Assembly (NCBI GenBank): GCA_963841735.1
Contig: CAWJDT010000001.1
Coordinates: forward strand, 1,152,001-1,216,000
Source of the DNA: an uncultured Actinomycetes bacterium
GTDB taxonomy: Bacteria > Actinomycetota > Thermoleophilia > RBG-16-64-13
Direction: 5' to 3'
Length of the DNA: 64,000 nt
In this document: positions 8,926 to 16,933 of the stretch, piece after piece
Layout of the letters: each line of letters opens with the position of its first letter
How positions within the stretch are numbered: position 1 is the first letter of the stretch
Program-made: the position numbers and the translations under genes
Notes under the pieces: generated by a model
The model's database searches: none
What the model was told of the DNA's origin: nothing
Seen by the model: only the letters and a program-made list of their open reading frames with translations

Positions 8926-8947
8926 TGCACAGATGTGCATTATAGCA
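8926..8947 (-). promoter_or_regulatory. extended -10 promoter with overlapping palindromic operator
   Basis: Minus strand TGCTATAAT (8939-8947) immediately followed by perfect IR TGCACA-GA-TGTGCA (8926-8939). Confidence 0.65.
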
Positions 8948-9075
8948 GGAGCCAACGCATGGGACAGGCAAGCTGCAAGAACGGCATACGTTGGCGTCGG
9001 ATGTTGCCGGCAGGCATTGGCGAACGAGGGGCGCCGCTTCCCGAGGTTAGGCGGCGAACCGCCCGCAGCCCGGCC

Positions 9076-10899
9076 CTACTCTATCCGAACCCCGCAGATT
9101 CTCTCGCCCCGCGTGCCCACCACGATCATGTTGCCGTAGGCAGCGGGGGAAGCCTCGATGTTGGTGCCCAGATCGAGTGTGCTGAGTACCTTACCGGTGG
9201 TGCCTTCGAGCAGAAACATGGTGCCCACCGAGTCACACTGCACGATGTAGCTCTTGCCCGTAGAGGTGTAGATGGCGATGGGTGAGCTCCAGCAGTAGTT
9301 GGTCATGTCGGTCTTCCAGATCTCTTCTCCGGTCGCCTTGTCAAGGGCCACCAGGATCCCGGAGTTGGCGCCCGGTGTGCGGGCGATGGGGTAGATCACC
9401 AGATTGGAGATATCGTTCTTGCCCAAGACTGGGGTGGCCTGCACGCCTCCAGAGACCCCGCTTATGGTGTAGCAGGGGTAGTCGGGCGTCTGCCACACGA
9501 TCTCACCGGTGGCCGCGTCTATCTTCCAGATGGGGATGCCGCCCTTGCGGGGCGCACTCCCGGTGGCGGTGATGTGCAGCGAGGTGGAGATGTAGAGGTA
9601 GCAGGTGCCGTCCGCGGGATCTTCCTCGAACACCGGTGTGGAGTTGGTGTCGTCGAGCACGTCTTGGGCCCAGATCATCTTCATGGTGTTCAGATCGAAG
9701 CACATGAGCTTGCCACCGTTATCGCTGACATAGAGGTAGTTGCGCCAGATGACAGCGGAGTCTTCCATGCCCCACCAGCGGTGGTCGGGGGAGTTATCGC
9801 CTACCTCGCTGTAGTTGGGAGCGGTATAGCGCAGCTTGACCGGTTCGTCCGGGTTCACCGTCAGGGTACCGGCGACGGGATCGTACTTGGTATTGAGTTT
9901 GATGGTGTAGAGGATGCCGTTCTCGCCCGGCTCGATGAGCGTGTCGGCGCCCACGTCGAACAGGGCGCTTGAGTCATAGGCATGAAAGGAGCGGAAAGAC
10001 AGAGGGTCGGGCTTCTTGCCGAAAGAGTAGAGCAGCTTCTGATCGATGAGGCTGTAGAGGCGGGCTCGCACCACCTCTCTGTTAAGCGAGTTCTCTCCGT
10101 GGCCCACAAAGAGCATGGGAGTGCCGTCGGGATAGAGGCTGCCGGTGCCTTTGAACGGGCCGCCGCCGCTTTCAAGGACGGGGCGGGTGGCGCTGCCGTC
10201 GGCCAGATCCAGGAAGTAGATGCGGCCATCCAAGCAGGGGTAGATGACCTCGATGAGGTCGGGGTCGGACTTCTTGGCGTCTTTCAAGTTCATGATCTGC
10301 TTGGTGGCCTCGGGCCATTTGACGATGAGTGGTTGCCCGGTCCAGCCCGAGCCGGTCCAGGAGCCTTCTCCGCTGGCTTTGGGGACACTTCCCGAGGGGA
10401 CACTCCACTCCAGGGTCAGTTTGTCCAAGGTGACGTCAGCGGTGCCGTAGGTGGGGCTGTCGCGGTAGTTGTTGCCGCGGAAGGTGATGATTCCCTGAAG
10501 AGGGGTGTAGTCCTTGCCCGGTCCGAAGTCGATGGGGTCGGCCCGGGTGTAGGAAGCGACCTTCTGGCCGTCCACATAGGTGCCGGTGCTTAGGTTAAGA
10601 GCCGCGGGGGCGGTGTCGGCGGCGGCGGCCACCGTCATGTTCACGGTCGCCAGGGTGGTGGTAGTGGATTCGGTGGAGGTCGAACTGGACGAGGAGCTGG
10701 TGGTCGACTGCACGACCGAAGACTCGGTGGTCTGTCCGGAAGTCGGCGGTGTGGAGTCTCCGCCTGGCCAAAGGTATAGGCGCACCACGGTGATGCCCGC
10801 CACCAGTGCGACCAAACAGATGACCATCAGCGCGCGGCGCCAGGCTTTTGCCCGCCTGAGCCCGGAACTCATGTACTCCGACCGTCGACCTTGGTTCAT
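9076..10899 (-). CDS. membrane-anchored PQQ-like beta-propeller protein
   Basis: N-terminal TM, Ser/Thr stalk, TFRGNNYR, GSGWTGQP, repeated D..TGE..W and SSP blades. Confidence 0.8.
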   Translation of the reverse strand: MNQGRRSEYMSSGLRRAKAWRRALMVICLVALVAGITVVRLYLWPGGDSTPPTSGQTTESSVVQSTTSSSSSSTSTESTTTTLATVNMTVAAAADTAPAALNLSTGTYVDGQKVASYTRADPIDFGPGKDYTPLQGIITFRGNNYRDSPTYGTADVTLDKLTLEWSVPSGSVPKASGEGSWTGSGWTGQPLIVKWPEATKQIMNLKDAKKSDPDLIEVIYPCLDGRIYFLDLADGSATRPVLESGGGPFKGTGSLYPDGTPMLFVGHGENSLNREVVRARLYSLIDQKLLYSFGKKPDPLSFRSFHAYDSSALFDVGADTLIEPGENGILYTIKLNTKYDPVAGTLTVNPDEPVKLRYTAPNYSEVGDNSPDHRWWGMEDSAVIWRNYLYVSDNGGKLMCFDLNTMKMIWAQDVLDDTNSTPVFEEDPADGTCYLYISTSLHITATGSAPRKGGIPIWKIDAATGEIVWQTPDYPCYTISGVSGGVQATPVLGKNDISNLVIYPIARTPGANSGILVALDKATGEEIWKTDMTNYCWSSPIAIYTSTGKSYIVQCDSVGTMFLLEGTTGKVLSTLDLGTNIEASPAAYGNMIVVGTRGERICGVRIE

Positions 10900-11143
10900 C
10901 GATCCTGCCTAGGTTTCGGGGTATAGGGCCCGCATGTGTCGTTCGCCCGCCTTCGAGCGACCCTATGCCGTACCGGCGCAGTGTATCAAGGAACCCGCGA
11001 CTGGCGAGGCAACGTCGGCGTTCTGTCACAAATGTGGCATATCCGGAGATATTTAGAGTAGGACTACCGCCTGCTCAGCGTGAGGGGTCGCTCGACCGCC
11101 CTTGTTGAAGCGGCGGTAGGTGGCCCTGTGAAGGCAATGCGGA

Positions 11144-11242
11144 ATGAAGGGAGGCGGATGGACAACAGAGCAGAGCAAGAAGATCGCCAACGCGATCGAA
11201 GACGACAAGGAGTTCAAGGAAAGGAACGAAGGTAAGGAGTGA
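11144..11242 (+). CDS. putative 32-aa small ORF coupled to the hydrolase gene
   Basis: MKGGGWTTEQSKKIANAIEDDKEFKERNEGKE; host-like codons; TGATG overlap with ATG 11242. Confidence 0.3.
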   Translation: MKGGGWTTEQSKKIANAIEDDKEFKERNEGKE

Positions 11243-13005
11243 TGGCCGGGAGACTATGCAAGGTCTTTGCGCTGAGTCTGGTACTTCTGTTTCTTCTGTC
11301 CGCGGTCGCTCTGGCCGACCCGATTCCTGGCGATACCTCTCTAGACCCGATCGAGAGCACTGATCCCGACGCGTACCTCCAGCTTACGCAGGGGCTGGAT
11401 ACATACGAGCAGTTGACGTTCGATCAGTGGTACGCCGCATTGCCCGACTACAACGGGCCGCTTTCATCAGACAAATTCGATGCATCCGTCCTTAGGGGGA
11501 AGGACTTCGCGAGAAACGGCCAGGCGATTGGACAAGCGGTAGCCGCGATGAAGAAGGCGCAACTGTCCGAAAGCGATGATCCCGCGCTTGCGCTGTGGAA
11601 GAAGGCTCACCTCACAAAGCCCATTCCCATCTACAACTTCGATGGCACCATCTATGGGTATCTCTATGGCGTTGTCCACGGGAAGAAGCTCATTGGTCAC
11701 ATGGTTGTGGGTACCAGCGCCAAGGCTCCTCCCATTCTCGAATACTCCACAGGTGCAGGCGAATACCAGAAGTTTGCCGGTGCGGAGAAAATCTACTTTG
11801 GAAGGGCCAATGGTTTTCTCCTCTTGCGCGGCGGCGTTCTTCAGAACGCTGACGAAAAGGATATCGTATACAGGCAGTCGGACCTTAGCGCCTTGCTGTC
11901 GGCGAACGAACCGGCCGTCGACACACAGGCTGCGCTAGATGCGGCTTGGCTCGACTTCGAGGAGGCGGCGGATGCGGCACTTCAAGCCGCGCTTGCACGT
12001 CCCGTGGGTCACTATGTTCCGCTCGACACGTCCGACTATACGTACATGTGGCAGAACAGCTGCCACGCTGTCGCACGTTCGATGTATGTCGATGCCATTG
12101 CCAGGCGGGTCGAGCCCGGGTTTTTTGGCTACGGGCGACCCCATTCGGTCAAGAATGCTCTCTGGTTCTGGAACCACTGTCCGCAGGGAGCGCCTACCTG
12201 GGAAATAATCAACGACCTGCAGCTCTTCCTGACTACCTATAGATCGACAACAGCAATCGCTTTCAATGTGCAATTCAGGGACTCGGGGGATGGCTCGGGG
12301 ACCACGGCGGCACAGGTGTTCGCGGCACTGCAATCTCGAATCAATGCGGGCTGGCCCGCTCTCGTCGGCTATGGAATACCCGGCGGCGGTCATGTGATGA
12401 TGGGGGTGGGGTATACGGACGACAACTTCTACATCTGCCGCGATACGTACACAGAAGATGGGAGCCCCTTCTCCAGCTACTTCGCCTTCGCAGGTGATCG
12501 TACCTGGTACTGCATATGGGCAACGTGGAATGCATCGACCTGGGGCACGCAGACGCTACGCAAGACTAGTTCGGGCACTGACGTCAGGCGTCTTCAGCGC
12601 TTCCTGAATGAGTTGTTCTACACTTGCGCTGTTGACGGCAACTTCGGCACGGGAACCGAGAACGCGGTGAAAGCCTTCCAAAGCGACAACGGGCTGAGCG
12701 CGGACGGAGTCGTTGGTCCCGCCACATACGCCAAGATGAAGGTTGCCCACATCATGCGCTACGACGACTACACAGCGAGCTGGAGGGACCTGAGTACTGG
12801 CAAGAAGGGAGACGACGTCGCGCAAGTGCAGATGAGGCTCATTCGGCGGCAGTATCTGCCCGGTCTCGCCAACTCCGACTGGTCTGCCGCCGACGGCATA
12901 TTCGGATCTCAAACACGGGCGGCCGTCATTGCCTTCCAGGCTGATCACGGTCTTCCGCAGACGGGGACAGTGTCGACTCTCACGTTCCAAGCGTTGACAA
13001 ACTGA
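11242..13005 (+). CDS. secreted papain-like (C39-like) cysteine hydrolase with prodomain and two peptidoglycan-binding domains (copy A)
   Basis: Signal peptide ending ALA; putative Cys (NSCHAV), His (GHVMMGVGY), Asp (RDT); two PG_binding_1 repeats (DVRRLQ..L...DGNFG..T..AVKAFQ..NGL.ADGVVGPAT). Confidence 0.8.
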   Translation: MAGRLCKVFALSLVLLFLLSAVALADPIPGDTSLDPIESTDPDAYLQLTQGLDTYEQLTFDQWYAALPDYNGPLSSDKFDASVLRGKDFARNGQAIGQAVAAMKKAQLSESDDPALALWKKAHLTKPIPIYNFDGTIYGYLYGVVHGKKLIGHMVVGTSAKAPPILEYSTGAGEYQKFAGAEKIYFGRANGFLLLRGGVLQNADEKDIVYRQSDLSALLSANEPAVDTQAALDAAWLDFEEAADAALQAALARPVGHYVPLDTSDYTYMWQNSCHAVARSMYVDAIARRVEPGFFGYGRPHSVKNALWFWNHCPQGAPTWEIINDLQLFLTTYRSTTAIAFNVQFRDSGDGSGTTAAQVFAALQSRINAGWPALVGYGIPGGGHVMMGVGYTDDNFYICRDTYTEDGSPFSSYFAFAGDRTWYCIWATWNASTWGTQTLRKTSSGTDVRRLQRFLNELFYTCAVDGNFGTGTENAVKAFQSDNGLSADGVVGPATYAKMKVAHIMRYDDYTASWRDLSTGKKGDDVAQVQMRLIRRQYLPGLANSDWSAADGIFGSQTRAAVIAFQADHGLPQTGTVSTLTFQALTN

Positions 13006-13030
13006 TGCTGACCCGAAGTGAGGTGCAGTC

Positions 13031-13675
13031 ATGAGACACGTAATCACCCTGCTCCTCTTGGCCACGGGGCTAGTCGTTGTCTCCATCACCACTGCCGGCT
13101 GCGGCAGGGCGGCAACCAATACGACGGGTAGCGTTGAGAGCTCGTCGACTACGCAGGCGCCAACGACCTCGGCCTCTGTCTCCAGCACCACCGAGCTCCC
13201 ATCCACCAGCGCGGCGCCGACCAGCACGCCCACGACTATTGTCGGAGGGTTGCCATTCCCAATGTTGGTGAGCCGGTATAGCAGCCTGCTCGAAGTAGTG
13301 GATGCGCCGGGCATCCTCCCATACTCTTCGATCCCGCCCGAAGAAGGCGCCGCTCTCTTCAAGACCCAAGTCCCTGCCTACGAGCCGGACGTGCAGGGGT
13401 ACCGACTCGCGAACGGAGACGCAGTAGTCATTTTCGGGGCGCCCCTTGCGCCGCCATCAATGGCACAACTCACCGAGGCATTTGCCAACACATACGGCGG
13501 CGAGGGCCGGGAAGTGTTTGCACACTTCTATACCAGCTCGGGCTATCTTGTCGCCTCGAAGGACTACGCGAACAAGCTCGGCATAATGGCTTTGGTTGCC
13601 AGCGCGACTTCAACCCTTGAGCAGGCTATGGCTGCTGTCAAGGAGCCCGGCTTCGGAGACATTCACTACAAATAG
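13031..13675 (+). CDS. lipoprotein with Ser/Thr stalk, partner of the hydrolase (copy A)
   Basis: Lipobox TAGC, S/T-rich linker, domain homologous to 57784-58380. Confidence 0.75.
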   Translation: MRHVITLLLLATGLVVVSITTAGCGRAATNTTGSVESSSTTQAPTTSASVSSTTELPSTSAAPTSTPTTIVGGLPFPMLVSRYSSLLEVVDAPGILPYSSIPPEEGAALFKTQVPAYEPDVQGYRLANGDAVVIFGAPLAPPSMAQLTEAFANTYGGEGREVFAHFYTSSGYLVASKDYANKLGIMALVASATSTLEQAMAAVKEPGFGDIHYK

Positions 13676-13686
13676 CGGGCCCGTGC

Positions 13687-13725
13687 AGCCCGGTCCGCCC
13701 GAAAGAAGCAGGCGGGCCGGGCTTT
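13687..13725. terminator. GC-rich hairpin between convergent lipoprotein gene and tRNA-Ser
   Basis: AGCCCGGTCCGCC / GGCGGGCCGGGCT stem followed by short T run. Confidence 0.6.
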
Positions 13726-13745
13726 GCGAGTCAATGGCGACACAA

Positions 13746-13834
13746 GGCGGAGGGGATGGGATTCGAACCCATGAGACCTTGCGGCCTGCCGGTTTTCAAG
13801 ACCGGTGCGATCGACCAGACTCCGCCACCCCTCC
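13746..13834 (-). tRNA. tRNA-Ser(TGA)
   Basis: GGAGGGG acceptor stem, CCGGT-CTTGAAA-ACCGG anticodon arm, long variable arm, GGTTCGAATCC. Confidence 0.96.
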
Positions 13835-13937
13835 GCGCCTGGATGCGGCCTACCCGGCCGATTCCGTGGGCGGGCGCGAATAGCGGGAGTATAGCTCCTA
13901 GTAGATGAGCTCGCCTTCGCCGATGCCCGGCCTCGGT

Positions 13938-14414
13938 CTAGTACAGGCCGTGGAAGTCGAGGTCATAGATATCGACGGCGGTGCGCCACACGAAGATCCA
14001 AAGAACGATGGAGAGGACATAGCAGGCCACGCCGATGCCAAACGTGATCCAACACCACATCTTGGCCTTGCGCGAAGACTCTTGGGCGCCGGCCATATCG
14101 CCGATGGCCAACCTGTTGCCTACGCGGCTGGCGTTGACCACGGCGGCGATGCCGGTGGGCCAGAAGCAGAGGATCAGAACGGCGATAGCCCAGCCCATGT
14201 GGCTGGAAATGTTGGGCATGGCTCCGTATCCGGGCGCGCCAGGATACCGCGGAGCTTGATAGGGCTGCTGGTATTGCTGTTGGTAGGACTGTTGGTAGGC
14301 GGGCGCCTGCGTCGCGGGGGTCTGCTGTTGGCTGGGTCCGCCTATACCTGAGCCGCAGGAACTGCAAAATCTAGCCGCGTCATCGTTTGCGACCCCGCAT
14401 CGCGGACAGTACAT
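13938..14414 (-). CDS. zinc-ribbon plus CD225/dispanin-family membrane protein
   Basis: MYCPRCG..N...ARFCSSCG, Q/Y/P-rich linker, AIAVLILCFWPTGIAAVV.ASRV...GD..GA...SRKAK.W. Confidence 0.85.
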   Translation of the reverse strand: MYCPRCGVANDDAARFCSSCGSGIGGPSQQQTPATQAPAYQQSYQQQYQQPYQAPRYPGAPGYGAMPNISSHMGWAIAVLILCFWPTGIAAVVNASRVGNRLAIGDMAGAQESSRKAKMWCWITFGIGVACYVLSIVLWIFVWRTAVDIYDLDFHGLY

Positions 14415-14603
14415 GCCAGCCTCCCTTGACCGTTCTCTCTCAATGCCCTGAAGTTGTGCGTTCCATGGTAGACGCTCGTGCCTCGAAAGCGCAATCGCGC
14501 ATTTGGCGCCGTCGGCCGGAGGAAAGAGCCGGACCGCGGCGAAAGTCCACCCACGGAGATTCTGCAGCGTGATGCGCGTGTCTCGACCAGCGGAGGCCGT
14601 AAC

Positions 14604-14867
14604 ATGAAGGCAGTATATGTCGGATCGGTCCATGGCTATCGGCCTCCCGTCTACAGGCCGGGAAGCGGCTGGACAGCCAGCGGCGCCGACCGGCGGATCG
14701 GGCGTGGGCCATCGGTCTTCGCGCACCGGCGGTTCACCGGATTGGGCTCGTTTGCCCTGTCGGACCGGAGACACTCCGGTTTCAAGACCAAGGTCGCCGT
14801 CGTCGCGGTGCTCGTCACCATCCTCGCCTTGACGATGATTCTATTCTGGGGAGACCTCCACCTATAG
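14604..14867 (+). CDS. hypothetical small membrane protein
   Basis: GGAGG RBS, ATG 14604, C-terminal hydrophobic helix. Confidence 0.5.
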   Translation: MKAVYVGSVHGYRPPVYRPGSGWTASGADRRIGRGPSVFAHRRFTGLGSFALSDRRHSGFKTKVAVVAVLVTILALTMILFWGDLHL

Positions 14868-14907
14868 CCTGCGACTCTCCGACCCTTCCCTCTAGATCGG
14901 ATCCACT

Positions 14908-15318
14908 GTGAACGACCGCATCGCGCATGCCATCGCCAGCGACTCCATGATCCGCCTGTTCGACATGGAGGTCGAGGAAGCTTCCGACCAACTTACTCGG
15001 GTCTCTGCGGTGGTGGGGGAGCAGTGTCTACAGCTGCACGATCTCGCCCACGGCGGCTTTATGTTTGCGCTCATGGACGTCGCTTTCGCTCTGACGGTCA
15101 ATGCCAACCTGGACGCGGTGGCGGTGCAGTGGAGCATCAGCCAATTTCGTTCGGCCAAGCTTGGCGATAAGGTCACCGCGGAATGCCGGCTGCTTCATGG
15201 GGGGCGGCGGCTGATGGTGGTGGATCTTCAAGTCATGGGCGCCCAAGGGAAGATCCTAGCCAAGGGCCAAGCGACCGCGATTCCGTTGGGCGAAGCGCCA
15301 CCCGTAGCAGCGGGCTGA
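14908..15318 (+). CDS. PaaI-family hotdog thioesterase
   Basis: AHGGFMFALMDVAFA motif. Confidence 0.9.
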   Translation: MNDRIAHAIASDSMIRLFDMEVEEASDQLTRVSAVVGEQCLQLHDLAHGGFMFALMDVAFALTVNANLDAVAVQWSISQFRSAKLGDKVTAECRLLHGGRRLMVVDLQVMGAQGKILAKGQATAIPLGEAPPVAAG

Positions 15319-15346
15319 CGCAGGAGCCGAGTTCTTCGCCGGCCTT

Positions 15347-16933
15347 CTAGTCGACGGGCGTGTCGGGTGCGGCGGGAGGCTCGTTCTCGGCGCTCGGTGC
15401 GGGCGCCAGTACACCCGGGGACTGCCGTACCAACCGCACCTTCTCGGCGGCCAGCCGGGGGGAAAGACCAACCTCGTAGATCTCGGGATTGCGCAACCGG
15501 CGGAGCTCTTCGGGCAGTGCCGCCACTTGGGCGCACGCCCGGGTGCGGATCTCTTCCAACGCGGGGGACGGGCCTACCCGCTCACCGGCACGCATCACAG
15601 GCTGCAAAAGGGACTCACAGCAGGTCGCGTCCCACACTGCCCGCAGAAACGACAGGTCTTGGCGCTCGGCGAAAGGCACCGGCTTGGCGGGCTGCCCGGA
15701 ATCGATGACGTCGGCGGGTTCGTCCGCCAACCGGATAAGATCGGCCAGAGGTCTGCCGTCGCCGTCGTAGTAGCGCACTAGGCGTTTGCGCCCCGGGTCG
15801 GTCATCTTGGCCGGGTTGGCCGAGACCTTGATGCGTGGCTCCCACTCGCCGTCGCTCTGGCGGATGGCCACCAGCTTGTACACTCCGCCCAAGGCCGGGT
15901 GGTCGGACGAGGTCACGAGGTGGGTCCCCACGCCCCAGGTGTTGATGGGAGCGCCCTGCCGCTTGAGGTCGGCGATGAGGTCTTCGTCGAGCTCGTTGGA
16001 GGCAACGATGCGGGGGTCGTCGAAGCCGGCCTCCTTGAACATCCGGCGGGCCGCCTTGCTTAGACGGGCGAGGTCGCCCGAATCAAGGCGCACGCCGGGC
16101 CGCACCTGCCGCCCGGCCGCACGTAGCTCCTTGAACACCTGCACGGCGTTTGGCAGCCCCGAACTCAAGGTGTCATAAGTGTCGACCAGCAGTACCGGGT
16201 CCTCGGCACACTGGGCGTAGGCCCGGAATGCCTCCAGCTCCGAATCGAAGCTCATCACCCACGAATGGGCGTGCGTACCCTGCACCGGTATGCCGAAGAT
16301 CTTGCCGGCCAAAACGTTGGATGTAGTGTCGGCGCCCCCGATGTAGGCCGCTCGCGAGCCGCTGAGAGCACCGTCCGGGCCTTGAGCCCGGCGCAACCCG
16401 AACTCCACCAGCTTGTCGTTGCCGCAGGCCAGTCGGATGCGCGCGGCCTTGGTGGCGATGAGAGTGGGGTAGTTGAGGCTGTTGAGAAGGGCGGTCTCCA
16501 GAAGCTGCGCCTCTATCAGAGGCCCTTCAACTTGGAGTATGGGCTCATGGGGGAAGACCACTGTGCCTTCCGGCACAGCGTCAATGGAGCAGCGGGGCCG
16601 GAAATCCCGCAGGTAATCGAGGAAGCCGTCATCGAACGCACCCAGTCCCGCGAGGTAGTCCAGGTCTGAGGTGGTGAAACGCAGACCATCGAGCAGGTCC
16701 AAAAACTGCTCGAGTCCGGCGGTGATGGCGAAGCCGTTGTGCGGAGGAAGCTCGCGGAACGTGTAGTCAAAACAGGCGGTGAGGTCCTTGCGGCCCGTTC
16801 TCCAGTAGCCGCCCATCATCGTTAGCTGGTAGTAGTCGGTGAGTAGAGCGAGGTTCTCGCGCTCCGCCCAGCGCTGAGAGACGTCGGGGGGCGTGCCGGC
16901 GGACCGGTCTCCAGCACCACCGCGGGCGGTCAT
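15347..16933 (-). CDS. pncB: nicotinate phosphoribosyltransferase
   Basis: LLTDYYQLTM, EFGLRRAQG, GTHAHSW, LVDTYD, VRLDSGDL; ATGA overlap with serS. Confidence 0.95.
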   Translation of the reverse strand: MTARGGAGDRSAGTPPDVSQRWAERENLALLTDYYQLTMMGGYWRTGRKDLTACFDYTFRELPPHNGFAITAGLEQFLDLLDGLRFTTSDLDYLAGLGAFDDGFLDYLRDFRPRCSIDAVPEGTVVFPHEPILQVEGPLIEAQLLETALLNSLNYPTLIATKAARIRLACGNDKLVEFGLRRAQGPDGALSGSRAAYIGGADTTSNVLAGKIFGIPVQGTHAHSWVMSFDSELEAFRAYAQCAEDPVLLVDTYDTLSSGLPNAVQVFKELRAAGRQVRPGVRLDSGDLARLSKAARRMFKEAGFDDPRIVASNELDEDLIADLKRQGAPINTWGVGTHLVTSSDHPALGGVYKLVAIRQSDGEWEPRIKVSANPAKMTDPGRKRLVRYYDGDGRPLADLIRLADEPADVIDSGQPAKPVPFAERQDLSFLRAVWDATCCESLLQPVMRAGERVGPSPALEEIRTRACAQVAALPEELRRLRNPEIYEVGLSPRLAAEKVRLVRQSPGVLAPAPSAENEPPAAPDTPVD

